Shown here in pieces: positions 1 to 8,869 of a stretch of 64,000 nt of DNA. This DNA comes from a virus: the IMG/VR virus record IMGVR_UViG_3300032285_001177. One strand, written 5' to 3'. Each line of letters opens with the position of its first letter. Position 1 is the first letter of the stretch. The translations under genes and the position numbers were made by a program. A model generated the notes under the pieces. The model saw only the letters and a list, made by a program, of their open reading frames with translations. It was not told the origin of the DNA and ran no database searches.

Positions 1-106
1 CTGATACAAAATCAGTTAAAGCTATAGTGATAGTATCATTAGCTCCAGATACTGAAACAACAGCTTCTTTACTTGTATTCTTAATAATGTGGTAATCTAA
101 GGCCAT
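1..106 (-). CDS. Partial hypothetical protein of the head-assembly region (N-terminus MALDYHIIKNTSKEAVVSVSGAND...), runs off the window edge
   Basis: Manual translation: ATG at 106, 2 nt after the stop of 109..648, GGAG upstream, frame open to position 1. Not in the ORF track. Confidence 0.65.
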   Translation of the reverse strand, partial: MALDYHIIKNTSKEAVVSVSGANDTITIALTDFVS

Positions 107-108
107 TC

Positions 109-648
109 TTATTCTCCGATTTGTTTAAGCACATCGATAAAGTTTTCTTTACTTTCTCTCATATGCTCGATAACTTCTTGTTCGTCTTTAAATAGTTCTG
201 CAAGTTTATCTTGCGTTGACTCGTTGATAGCTATGATACTACCATCGGCCAACTTGTAATCTATCTTACCTTCAATAAGCTTATCTAACTTATTAAGGTT
301 TCTAATCTCTAATACAACAGGGTCTACAGTAAAAAGTTTAGAGGAAGCAAGTTCTATGTATGACTCTATTAATGTATCAGTAACTTTAATATCATGATGC
401 TCTTTAATTATATTCGCTATCTTATTGTCTGGGATATCTTCGTATAATTCTGTCTTAACTTGTTCTTCTATAGTCTTCGTATATTGCTGTGTTTTAACGT
501 ATTGTCTTGCTTCCTCTAAATCTGTAAAAGATGTTTTTTCACCATCGATAAGGATCTTACCGTTGGATGCTTGCTCAATGATATGACCATAAGATCTAAC
601 TTGAGCGGATGTGCCTCTGATGGACTTAAGAAACTTACCATAGTACAT
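109..648 (-). CDS. Hypothetical protein in the prohead gene cluster
   Basis: 179-aa ORF coupled by TAATG overlap to the upstream gene; lies downstream of portal. Confidence 0.7.
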   Translation of the reverse strand: MYYGKFLKSIRGTSAQVRSYGHIIEQASNGKILIDGEKTSFTDLEEARQYVKTQQYTKTIEEQVKTELYEDIPDNKIANIIKEHHDIKVTDTLIESYIELASSKLFTVDPVVLEIRNLNKLDKLIEGKIDYKLADGSIIAINESTQDKLAELFKDEQEVIEHMRESKENFIDVLKQIGE

Positions 649-920
649 TATACTGGATTATCCTTTGTATAAGTTTTAGGACCACCTGGTTCTTGGTCAC
701 CAAACACACCTTCTTTTTTCATTTTCTTTTTACTCTCATAAGCAACATTAACTTTCATTGCATCTGGAGTTGAACCACTTGGTTCAGACTTAAGATCGTC
801 CATGCTGCAGGTTGGGTTATATGCAGATTCTTTTTTGCAGCCGCATTTAGCCGCCGCTTCTAATAGATCTGCGTCTAAGCCAAGGCTTGACACATTCATG
901 TTGCTGAGAGGATTAAACAT
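648..920 (-). CDS. Small hypothetical protein, possible prohead core/internal protein
   Basis: 90-aa Lys/Glu-rich ORF with TAATG overlaps on both sides; position where T4-like phages keep prohead core genes. Confidence 0.55.
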   Translation of the reverse strand: MFNPLSNMNVSSLGLDADLLEAAAKCGCKKESAYNPTCSMDDLKSEPSGSTPDAMKVNVAYESKKKMKKEGVFGDQEPGGPKTYTKDNPV

Positions 921-1165
921 TATTCAGTTTCAAATGGTTCTGCATCTTCAGCAGGCTCTTCAATTGGAGCTTCTTCAGCTTCATCACCAGGGCCAACTTC
1001 TTCAACGGCTTGTTCTGTAGCAAACATATTCTTAGCTACTGTAGCTCTCATATCTTCAAGTCTTGTACCGATACGGTTTGCCATCTCAGCATTGAATGCT
1101 GTATCGATAGCTTGTGCATCGCCTGTGCTGATAGCTGCGATTAAATCTTTTACGCCTTGTGACAT
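920..1165 (-). CDS. Prohead core protein, gp67-like
   Basis: 81 aa, helical N-terminus, very acidic C-terminus (EEVGPGDEAEEAPIEEPAEDAEPFETE), immediately downstream of portal. Confidence 0.6.
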   Translation of the reverse strand: MSQGVKDLIAAISTGDAQAIDTAFNAEMANRIGTRLEDMRATVAKNMFATEQAVEEVGPGDEAEEAPIEEPAEDAEPFETE

Positions 1166-2745
1166 TATACTTCTCCTTTAGGTTTATTAGATGATTGTGG
1201 TGGTGGTAAACCAGGAGGATTGGGTCCTGCTCCCATACCGCCATCAACCGGCATTCCGCCTTGCATAGCCATCATAGCTTGCATTTGATCCGTCTCCGAA
1301 TCCATTTGTTTCTGCATCTCTTCAATCTCTTCTTCAGATTGCTTGAGAACATTTCGTTTTACATACTCTAAACTATAGAACGTACCAATAAATGGTTGTA
1401 ACATGTTTAAAGTATTAATCCTATTATTTAGGATCTCAGAATCTTTTAGTTCTGCAAAGTGGTTATCTTCTTGGAAATCGAATCGTATATCTTGTGCGAT
1501 CGCATCCCACTCATCAGGCCTAATAATCTGTTTAGCAACTAGCTGTACTCTTAATGCTTCTGCAAACAATACCGAGAACTTGCGACGGATACGTTCAATG
1601 AACTTATTGAACTTAATCTCATCACGGGTTATCTCATTTGTTCTACCAAGACTGAAACCTTGATCGGTCTTCATCCTTGATACTGGTACATTCAAGCATT
1701 GATACAACTTGTTTTGGAAGTAATTGATGTCTTCGATCTGACCTAGGTTCTGACCACCATTTAATGTAGTGATCTCAGTACCTTTACCGCCTTCTCTACG
1801 TGGCATCCAAAAGTCTTCCATCATAGAGAGGTGTTTACGATCATCTCTGATCTCGCCAGTGTTGGCATCATAGACAACTTTGTTCCTATACTTATTCATA
1901 ATATCATTGACGTATTGCTCAGCTTTAAGCTTTGGCAAGTTACCTACATCAATGTAAAAAATCCTACGTTCAGGTGCTCGTGATACTCTGTAGATAACAA
2001 GAGAATCTTCGATCATCTTTAATTGGTTTACAGGTTTGATCGCTTTATGTAAGTAACCTAACATAGTGTTAGAGTTAGCATCGATCAAGCCTGAAGGAGC
2101 ATAGATTACCGAATCAATCGATAACTTAACACCCTGACTTGTGTTCTCGTTGATACCCTTATCGTTGTAGATATAGAACTCTTCTATACCAATTACGACG
2201 TCGATACCTTTATCGTTCTTACCTTTTTTGATATTCTTAATACGTCTGATCTTACGTGGATCAATGAAGCGTAGTTCTTGAATACCGTTCTTAATATTCT
2301 CGTTGTCAATAAGGATGTGATAGTATAGTCTGCCGTCTACATACCATGACCTAAATATGTCGTGACCTCTGCTGTCAAACTTATAGAGCTTAAGGATTTC
2401 CTCAAACTCATCAGTGATCATCTTCTTAACAGAACTAGACAACTTAACGTCATCTAATACTACTTCAACGATCTGCTCATTGTTATTAGCAACGATAGCT
2501 TCGTTAACGATGTCTTCTACAGCATTGTCACAATCACCGTACTGAGATATCTCTCTGTATCGGCGGATTAAATCATTCTCATTCTTGATAACACCCTCAA
2601 GGTCTACAGTCATGCCATAATAGGCTGCTGCAGCTCCAAGAGTGGAGATTACCGTCGAGCCGTCATCCGGCGCAGGGGTTACAACTTCTGTTCCCTGCTG
2701 CCTTTTGACCTTTTTCTTTGCTATCTCGAAACCAAAAATTTCCAT
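1165..2745 (-). CDS. gp20: Portal vertex protein
   Basis: T4 gp20 motifs: YLHKAIKPVNQLKMIEDSLVIYRVSRAPERRIFYIDVGNLPKLKAEQY, MMEDFWMPRREGGKGTEITTL, EITRDEIKF. Confidence 0.98.
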   Translation of the reverse strand: MEIFGFEIAKKKVKRQQGTEVVTPAPDDGSTVISTLGAAAAYYGMTVDLEGVIKNENDLIRRYREISQYGDCDNAVEDIVNEAIVANNNEQIVEVVLDDVKLSSSVKKMITDEFEEILKLYKFDSRGHDIFRSWYVDGRLYYHILIDNENIKNGIQELRFIDPRKIRRIKNIKKGKNDKGIDVVIGIEEFYIYNDKGINENTSQGVKLSIDSVIYAPSGLIDANSNTMLGYLHKAIKPVNQLKMIEDSLVIYRVSRAPERRIFYIDVGNLPKLKAEQYVNDIMNKYRNKVVYDANTGEIRDDRKHLSMMEDFWMPRREGGKGTEITTLNGGQNLGQIEDINYFQNKLYQCLNVPVSRMKTDQGFSLGRTNEITRDEIKFNKFIERIRRKFSVLFAEALRVQLVAKQIIRPDEWDAIAQDIRFDFQEDNHFAELKDSEILNNRINTLNMLQPFIGTFYSLEYVKRNVLKQSEEEIEEMQKQMDSETDQMQAMMAMQGGMPVDGGMGAGPNPPGLPPPQSSNKPKGEV

Positions 2746-2778
2746 TATATAACCCCTATAATATTAACCCAAACCAAC

Positions 2779-3375
2779 TTAGATGTTGATTGGGAATGAA
2801 CCTAATGGAGTATTAACTGTTGTAGTTACTCCAAAGTTCGAACCAGCTGTACTTGTATCTGATGTCCAGTAGTTGTAAACAAACTCACACTCAAAGATTT
2901 CAATTTGGTTAACTGTATCGTAGTCAACAGCGATTGGACCAACTGTAACTGGATAAGCGTCATGGAACTTATAAGCCTTGACAACTGCACCATTACGATC
3001 TAGTTGGAATACTTGTAGATCCACTTGGTAATCACGCGGATTAGTACGACCGTTTGTTTGACTATTGTTTTGAATACCATCTGACCATTTTTCCATCGCA
3101 TTACGGATGTTAAATGTTGTGTCATTGTAGACTGATACAGTCCATGGTTGGAATACCTTTTCACCCGCAAAGTTAACAGCGCGACCACGGTATTGGATAG
3201 GCATGTTCTCAATGTTTGCAGCTGGCAATGAAGCAGCTTTACATAAGAACTGTGATTGCAATCCAATGGCAGGTCCACCAACAACAAATGAAGGGAATGT
3301 TAATTGCACTTGGAACTGGTTGGCGCGTGCTCCGCCACCAACTAGTTGTGCTTTAAAATCGCTAATGTTTGCCAT
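2779..3375 (-). CDS. gp19: Tail tube protein
   Basis: GGGARANQFQV, CKAASLP, YRGRAVNFAGEKVFQPWTVSVYND, VFQLDRNG; between sheath and portal. Confidence 0.96.
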   Translation of the reverse strand: MANISDFKAQLVGGGARANQFQVQLTFPSFVVGGPAIGLQSQFLCKAASLPAANIENMPIQYRGRAVNFAGEKVFQPWTVSVYNDTTFNIRNAMEKWSDGIQNNSQTNGRTNPRDYQVDLQVFQLDRNGAVVKAYKFHDAYPVTVGPIAVDYDTVNQIEIFECEFVYNYWTSDTSTAGSNFGVTTTVNTPLGSFPINI

Positions 3376-3400
3376 ATTTTATCCTTTATTTTTCCTTTAT

Positions 3401-3408
3401 TATTTATA
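3401..3408 (-). promoter_or_regulatory. T4-type late promoter upstream of gp19
   Basis: Exact TATAAATA on the minus strand in the gp18-gp19 intergenic gap. Confidence 0.85.
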
Positions 3409-3410
3409 TG

Positions 3411-5399
3411 CTATGCACCAATTTCACTGAACGCTACTGAAGATCTAGCAGCAACAAAGTTCAATGTAATGAAGTTGATGGAGCGGTTAGGTTTAATATA
3501 GATATCGGCAACAAACTCGTTACGATCGATTACTTCACCTGTATTGTTTGTATCATCACAAACTACACGGAAGTCTGTAACACCGCGTCTACCTTGTACA
3601 TCTCTTAAGAACGGCTCTACTAAATTCTTGAACTGAGCTCTTGTGAATGCATCGTTAAATTCAAATAATTGATATTTAGATGCTGTAGCAATTGCTTTTT
3701 CAAGTACAATGAATAGTCTACGTACGTTGATACGATCAAATGCGCTAGGTTTAGCAAGCAATGTCTTATCACCGAAGAGAACTGTACCTTGACCTGGGAA
3801 GTTAACAACTGGGTTAACACCACCTTTATAAAGGTTATCACGTTCTGTTTTACCTGGATTAACAGCAAGCTTAACAACGTTCTTGATTTGACCACGGTTT
3901 AGACCAGCTGGTGACCACCATGGATCATTTGTGTAATCTGTACGAGCAGATAAACCAGCAACGTCACCGTTGAGTGGAACCCAACGATACTTATCGTTGT
4001 ATCTGTCATATTGATACTTAAAGCCAGAATCTAACACAGCGTATGATGAGCTAGGTAATGCTTGACGGTATGTCAAGATAGCATTAGTTGCATCTGAACC
4101 AGAACCGATGATGATATCACCTGTTGAGTTATTTTGTGGAGATGCAAACACTACGCAATCAAGTCTTTCTTCAGCTACGTTGTTGATAACGTATGTAGCT
4201 ACAGTTGAAGATACTTTACCTAGTGGGATCAATGAAACATCATATTGTTCTGCGTTAGCAAACAATGCGTATGCATTCATTAGTTGACCATCTGTTGGGT
4301 TTAAGTCATCAACACCACCTGATAGTGATTTTGTAACAGCATCTTGAAGATCTTTAAATGCAACACCCGCTGCAGCTTGACCCCAAGCTTGACCGCTTGA
4401 ACCTTGGCCATGAACTGTTGAAACTACTGATGTTGTATGATCCATCCACCAGATATATTTAGATTGTGAGTTGATCACATCTTTATAGTAGTTGTTTGTA
4501 CCATCTGATTTTTTAGCGTCTGAAGCTTTTGAAACAAAAGCAAATTTTTCTAATACTGTACCAGCAGTGCCAGACCATGTACCGTCTTCGTCGATAACTA
4601 ATACATGTAGTTCATCGTTTGAACCAGCAACACCAGCTGCATAAGTTGAAGTACCTGGAGCAGAGTCAAACTCAGCTTCGTAGATACCTTTTGATTCGCC
4701 TGATGGGATACCGCCCCAACCAGCATACTTTGTTGAGTCAGCCATAGAAACTTTTAATCCGTTACCTAAAGCACCTGGGTATTTAGCAGCCCATTCACCA
4801 ACAACACCTTCGCCATGAGCGTATGATGCAGAGTATACATCAAAGTTGTTGATCTTGATACCTGAAGTAGTGATAGCTGAATGTGCTGTAGCACGTGTAC
4901 CAGATGAAGTAGCGATAGTAACTGTTGGTGCAGCTGTATAACCTGTACCTGGATTATCGATAACGATATGATCTACGCCATCTGAAACTAATACTGCATG
5001 AGCTGTAGCTTGGATACCACCAGTAACGTTTGGTGCACCGATTTGTACTGAAGGAGCAGTTACATATGAGTCACCATGTAAGTCCATAGTGATACTAGTT
5101 ACTGTACCTGTTTGTGTAACCACTGCGTTTCTGTTGCCGTTTGTATCAGCACGAACTGTCAATAGGTTATTTGTATATGCAAGGAAATTTGCTGCAGTGA
5201 AGAATGATTGTGCTGTTGCATCTGTTGGTTTGCCAAAACGTTGGACCAAAACAACTTCTGATGAAATAGTAACAGGATCAAGTACTGGACCCCATGTGAA
5301 CGCACCGGCAAAAGCACCAGCAGATGTTGAAACCGCTGGAATGATACCTGAAAAGTCTTTCTCGACTACCGCAACTCCTGGAGATAATTGGAACGGCAT
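3411..5399 (-). CDS. gp18: Tail sheath protein
   Basis: MPFQLSPGVAVVEKD, FTAANFLAY, PWWSPAGLNRGQI, SAFDRINVRRLF, FEFNDAFTR, IYIKPNRSINFITLNFVA. Confidence 0.98.
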   Translation of the reverse strand: MPFQLSPGVAVVEKDFSGIIPAVSTSAGAFAGAFTWGPVLDPVTISSEVVLVQRFGKPTDATAQSFFTAANFLAYTNNLLTVRADTNGNRNAVVTQTGTVTSITMDLHGDSYVTAPSVQIGAPNVTGGIQATAHAVLVSDGVDHIVIDNPGTGYTAAPTVTIATSSGTRATAHSAITTSGIKINNFDVYSASYAHGEGVVGEWAAKYPGALGNGLKVSMADSTKYAGWGGIPSGESKGIYEAEFDSAPGTSTYAAGVAGSNDELHVLVIDEDGTWSGTAGTVLEKFAFVSKASDAKKSDGTNNYYKDVINSQSKYIWWMDHTTSVVSTVHGQGSSGQAWGQAAAGVAFKDLQDAVTKSLSGGVDDLNPTDGQLMNAYALFANAEQYDVSLIPLGKVSSTVATYVINNVAEERLDCVVFASPQNNSTGDIIIGSGSDATNAILTYRQALPSSSYAVLDSGFKYQYDRYNDKYRWVPLNGDVAGLSARTDYTNDPWWSPAGLNRGQIKNVVKLAVNPGKTERDNLYKGGVNPVVNFPGQGTVLFGDKTLLAKPSAFDRINVRRLFIVLEKAIATASKYQLFEFNDAFTRAQFKNLVEPFLRDVQGRRGVTDFRVVCDDTNNTGEVIDRNEFVADIYIKPNRSINFITLNFVAARSSVAFSEIGA

Positions 5400-5462
5400 T
5401 TTTGTTTCTCCTTAAATTATGTGTTTTTTATGATATAAGTTCTAGAGTCACCTCTATACCTA

Positions 5463-5470
5463 TATTTATA
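5463..5470 (-). promoter_or_regulatory. T4-type late promoter upstream of gp18
   Basis: Exact TATAAATA just after the gp17 stop. Confidence 0.85.
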
Positions 5471-5474
5471 AGTT

Positions 5475-7061
5475 CTAAAAATTCAATAGGACCTGAGAGT
5501 CCTGCATACCCTGTCCATCATCATAGAATCCAAAGGGGGTAAGCTCATCTTCTATCTGTTTAATACGATTCTCATACATTATCTCTCTCATGTTTATATT
5601 ATTGAGTTCTTTAAAGTATGGGTTTGTTGTCAACCAACTAAATAACACTAATGTCATAACCAAGTCATCATGATAACCTTCATCAGCTTCGTATGAGCCT
5701 TTATTGTTCTCGATGAAGGTTGAGATCTCAGCAATGGTGTCTATGTCCTGTACAAGCAACTTATTCTCTTCCACCAGAGACTTGAAATTCATACAACCAA
5801 TTCGTTTTACTTTCTTATCAGTATTTACCCCTAGCTGAGTTTTACCTCCACCAAAGCCACCTGATACTACCTGACCGTCCACGCCTCTATTGACAAACAA
5901 TAGGTTATCATATTCCATCTCACCGTATAAGATCATGGCAACTTGCTCTGAGGAGTTAACCTCTAACAATACGTATGCTTTATTATATTCTGTTGCTACT
6001 TTATATATGACTGATGGGAATAGCATAGGACTAATACTGTTGTCTCTATACTTTGCCACCTGTCTGTATGGTGCAGCTGTTACATCTATGATAGAAAAGG
6101 CTGAGAAGTCTCCTCCCACACCCTTTGCAGTATCTGCAACTAGCACATAACTGTGATCCTTAACCGGTCTTTCATACACATCAAGGCCATCCTTACTATG
6201 TATAATGAAGCCCGCAGACATCCTCCCGATCACATCCGCACGCACCAGAGTGAGTGCAGAACCAAGGAAGTTACACATAACCTCTTGGTTGTATTTTAGT
6301 TCACCAAGCTGTCTCCTTTGTTCCTCTGCCCATTTTTCATTCCTACCTGGGATAGAAGTATATGGTATAAACAATGGAACGAAGTCGTTACGTTTATTCT
6401 CAGCATCGTTCCAAAACTTCCAAAAGTGGTTGTAACCCAACGGAGTGGAACTTAATAAGATCTTTGTCGTTTCACCCGCAGATATCGTAGGATAAACTGA
6501 AGTGAAGAAGTCTTCTGCTACGTTATTAGGTATGATCGCAGCTTCGTCGACATATAGCATGTTAACAGATTTACCGCGGATACCAGATGCAGACGTTGCT
6601 GCTGTGAATACTTTAGAATTATTCTCAAGCTCGATGTCACCTTTATTCCAAGTAGTTACACCTTGTTGTAACCAGATTGGAAGGTTCTCATACATTAACT
6701 GATACCTGTATAAGACCTCACGGGCGGCGGTGGCTTTGTTTGCCAAGATCGCGACTTGTTTCGATTCTTGAAATAGGGTATACCATAAAATATATGCTGC
6801 ACTAGTTGTCGTCTTACCTTGTTGACGACCTTCCATAAGGATAACTTTTCTATTCTCATGTATTACCTTCACCTTTTCCTTTTGGCACTCATACAACTTA
6901 AAGTCTATAAGACCATGGTCTAGTGATATGATCTTACAGTAGTTCTCAATAAAATAGATTGGATCAGCAGCACACTTCATGTACTCTTTAACTTGATCCT
7001 CAGTAAAAGGTATGTTTACACCGGCTGCCTTTAACTGACTATTGGCATTATAGTTCTTCAT
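5475..7061 (-). CDS. gp17: Terminase large subunit
   Basis: Walker A-like GRQQGKTT, Walker B YVDEAA, SSTPLG, nuclease DTAKGVGGDFS and HDDLVM. Start placed at ATG 7061 (MKNYNANSQL), which overlaps the gp15 stop as TAATG, rather than the track's 7079. Confidence 0.97.
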   Translation of the reverse strand: MKNYNANSQLKAAGVNIPFTEDQVKEYMKCAADPIYFIENYCKIISLDHGLIDFKLYECQKEKVKVIHENRKVILMEGRQQGKTTTSAAYILWYTLFQESKQVAILANKATAAREVLYRYQLMYENLPIWLQQGVTTWNKGDIELENNSKVFTAATSASGIRGKSVNMLYVDEAAIIPNNVAEDFFTSVYPTISAGETTKILLSSTPLGYNHFWKFWNDAENKRNDFVPLFIPYTSIPGRNEKWAEEQRRQLGELKYNQEVMCNFLGSALTLVRADVIGRMSAGFIIHSKDGLDVYERPVKDHSYVLVADTAKGVGGDFSAFSIIDVTAAPYRQVAKYRDNSISPMLFPSVIYKVATEYNKAYVLLEVNSSEQVAMILYGEMEYDNLLFVNRGVDGQVVSGGFGGGKTQLGVNTDKKVKRIGCMNFKSLVEENKLLVQDIDTIAEISTFIENNKGSYEADEGYHDDLVMTLVLFSWLTTNPYFKELNNINMREIMYENRIKQIEDELTPFGFYDDGQGMQDSQVLLNF

Positions 7062-7792
7062 TAGAACTGAGCTTCCCAATTCTCTGTAACTGGATCAGCT
7101 ATACCACCTGTTGCTGTGGCAGTATACTTCCTACCAGGAATTGATATATTTGCATTTGTAGTAAGGATAACACCGTTCTCTGACACTGGCCCGTATATGT
7201 TTGTCTTAAGCGTGAACGTAAGTGTATGTACTACGAATCGTCTTTCTTGGAAAGATCCATCATAGTTGTCTTCTACAGTAATAGAGTTTAAGATAACTGG
7301 GATATCCTGTACTATCTCCATCTCTGGAACTGCATTGATTGATAGTGTATATTCTGGGTTGAAGATCGGTAAGATCTGTTCTACGATCTGCATCGCATCT
7401 TCTTGTGTTTTTGTTAGTACATATAAACTGATGTCGATATTATATGGAGCTGGAGCAAACACTGTCTTTGCTGTAGGACTTGCATTAGTTGTTGCATCTT
7501 TACATGTAATCTGGTTCATCTTGTTTGTCTTACGTGATGAATCATAATGATATCCAGTTATCTCAAATGATAACCTTGGTAGAGATGTGTATACGTTGTT
7601 TGTTAATGTTGGGTCTGAATCAACACGTACCAACCATTTTTCTTTTGGAGCATAAGCAAGAGGCACTGCAACTGTTTGAGCAACATTTCCATCATTGCCT
7701 TGTCTAGCTATCTTGATGTCAGAGAATAAACGACCAAAGGCAATGATCGTCTTTCTAATAGCTCCGTGGTAATAGGTTTGTCCGTTAAGCAT
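7061..7792 (-). CDS. gp15: Tail sheath stabiliser/terminator
   Basis: YYHGAIRKTIIAFGRLFSDI, VPLAYAPKEKW, LPRLSFE, QIVEQILPIFNP; synteny gp13-14-15. Confidence 0.95.
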   Translation of the reverse strand: MLNGQTYYHGAIRKTIIAFGRLFSDIKIARQGNDGNVAQTVAVPLAYAPKEKWLVRVDSDPTLTNNVYTSLPRLSFEITGYHYDSSRKTNKMNQITCKDATTNASPTAKTVFAPAPYNIDISLYVLTKTQEDAMQIVEQILPIFNPEYTLSINAVPEMEIVQDIPVILNSITVEDNYDGSFQERRFVVHTLTFTLKTNIYGPVSENGVILTTNANISIPGRKYTATATGGIADPVTENWEAQF

Positions 7793-8868
7793 TATGGTGC
7801 CTTATGATATGTTGAGAGTTCACCAAATGGGTTGCTCTCATTGAATATAACAGATTCAGCTTCTTCTTTAAACTTATTGTTATCGCCGAATGAGTTACCT
7901 TGATTGTCAAGGTTAGATATGATTGCTGTAGCTACACATCCATTTGGATATCCACCACCTGCAACAACTACTAAAGGCGGTTTTGTATAACCAGATCCTG
8001 CATTGTCCACTGATATCTTAACAACTTGACCAGATGATATTGGTTCATCACCAAGATATGCTGTAGCTGTGGCTCTATAGCCAAAGAATTGTAATGTTGC
8101 TGTACCATTTACTGCAATACTACCAGTATGAGTAGGACCATTTGCGCCCGTAATACCCGCGATCGTACAGATATATCTACGACCTCCAAAGCAGGCTTCA
8201 TCCCCAACTGCGATAGCAGTATTAGCAATCCAATCAGATCCGATAGTTACAGCTGGCGCAGTTGCATATCCGCCACCATGATACTGGATATTGAAACCTG
8301 TAACTGTACCGTTCGGCACTTTATCCACATCAAAAGTCTTGAGTGACTCGAACGTATCGATCTCTTTGATACCTGTTTGGATATGCTCTGAAGCATATTG
8401 GAATAATTCAACTTGTAGTTTGTAAACGTATAGTTTACCAGCCTGATAGAATGGGTCTTGATGTGTAACGAACTTGATCTCAAACAATCCACCAGTTAGC
8501 GGGAAGTATAATAGATCACCTTCAGCAGGTCTATTTGGTAATATGGATAAGCCATGTTGACCAACGAGTTGTTCCCATTTACGGCGAGCTACTGTAAGCG
8601 TAGCACTTTGTTCCATCATGAGGCCAAACTTTTGAATGAATGCGCCTTGACCCTCAAAGCCATCATGTGTTTCTAGGTACATCTCAATGCCATAAGCATA
8701 CTTAAACTTAGATAGACGGTCTTCACCTAAGATCTCATCTTTGCCAACTAATGTACGTGGGATATAATAGAAGTCTTGACCGTAGATCGAGATAGACTCT
8801 ACTATGATGTCCTCATAGAGCAATTGCTCGGATCTTACTCCGTTTGAAAAGTATACTGAACGAGCCAT
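7792..8868 (-). CDS. gp14: Neck (head completion) protein with an inserted beta-rich/carbohydrate-binding-like segment
   Basis: EQLLYEDIIVESISIYGQDFYYIPR, RPAEGDLLYFPL, FEIKFV, PFYQAGK, C-terminal FNESNPFGE. Confidence 0.93.
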   Translation of the reverse strand: MARSVYFSNGVRSEQLLYEDIIVESISIYGQDFYYIPRTLVGKDEILGEDRLSKFKYAYGIEMYLETHDGFEGQGAFIQKFGLMMEQSATLTVARRKWEQLVGQHGLSILPNRPAEGDLLYFPLTGGLFEIKFVTHQDPFYQAGKLYVYKLQVELFQYASEHIQTGIKEIDTFESLKTFDVDKVPNGTVTGFNIQYHGGGYATAPAVTIGSDWIANTAIAVGDEACFGGRRYICTIAGITGANGPTHTGSIAVNGTATLQFFGYRATATAYLGDEPISSGQVVKISVDNAGSGYTKPPLVVVAGGGYPNGCVATAIISNLDNQGNSFGDNNKFKEEAESVIFNESNPFGELSTYHKAP

Positions 8869-8869
8869 G

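Noticed and set aside
5475-7061. Intein, intron or homing endonuclease in terminase or other core genes
   Set aside because: gp17, gp18 and gp20 are continuous and of ordinary length, with no splicing or endonuclease motifs.
7062-7079. ORF-track start extensions for gp17 (7079), 15542..16303 and 50380..50604
   Set aside because: Each extension overlaps the upstream gene; ATGs at 7061, 16246 and 50586 give the tight stop-start coupling seen throughout the operon.
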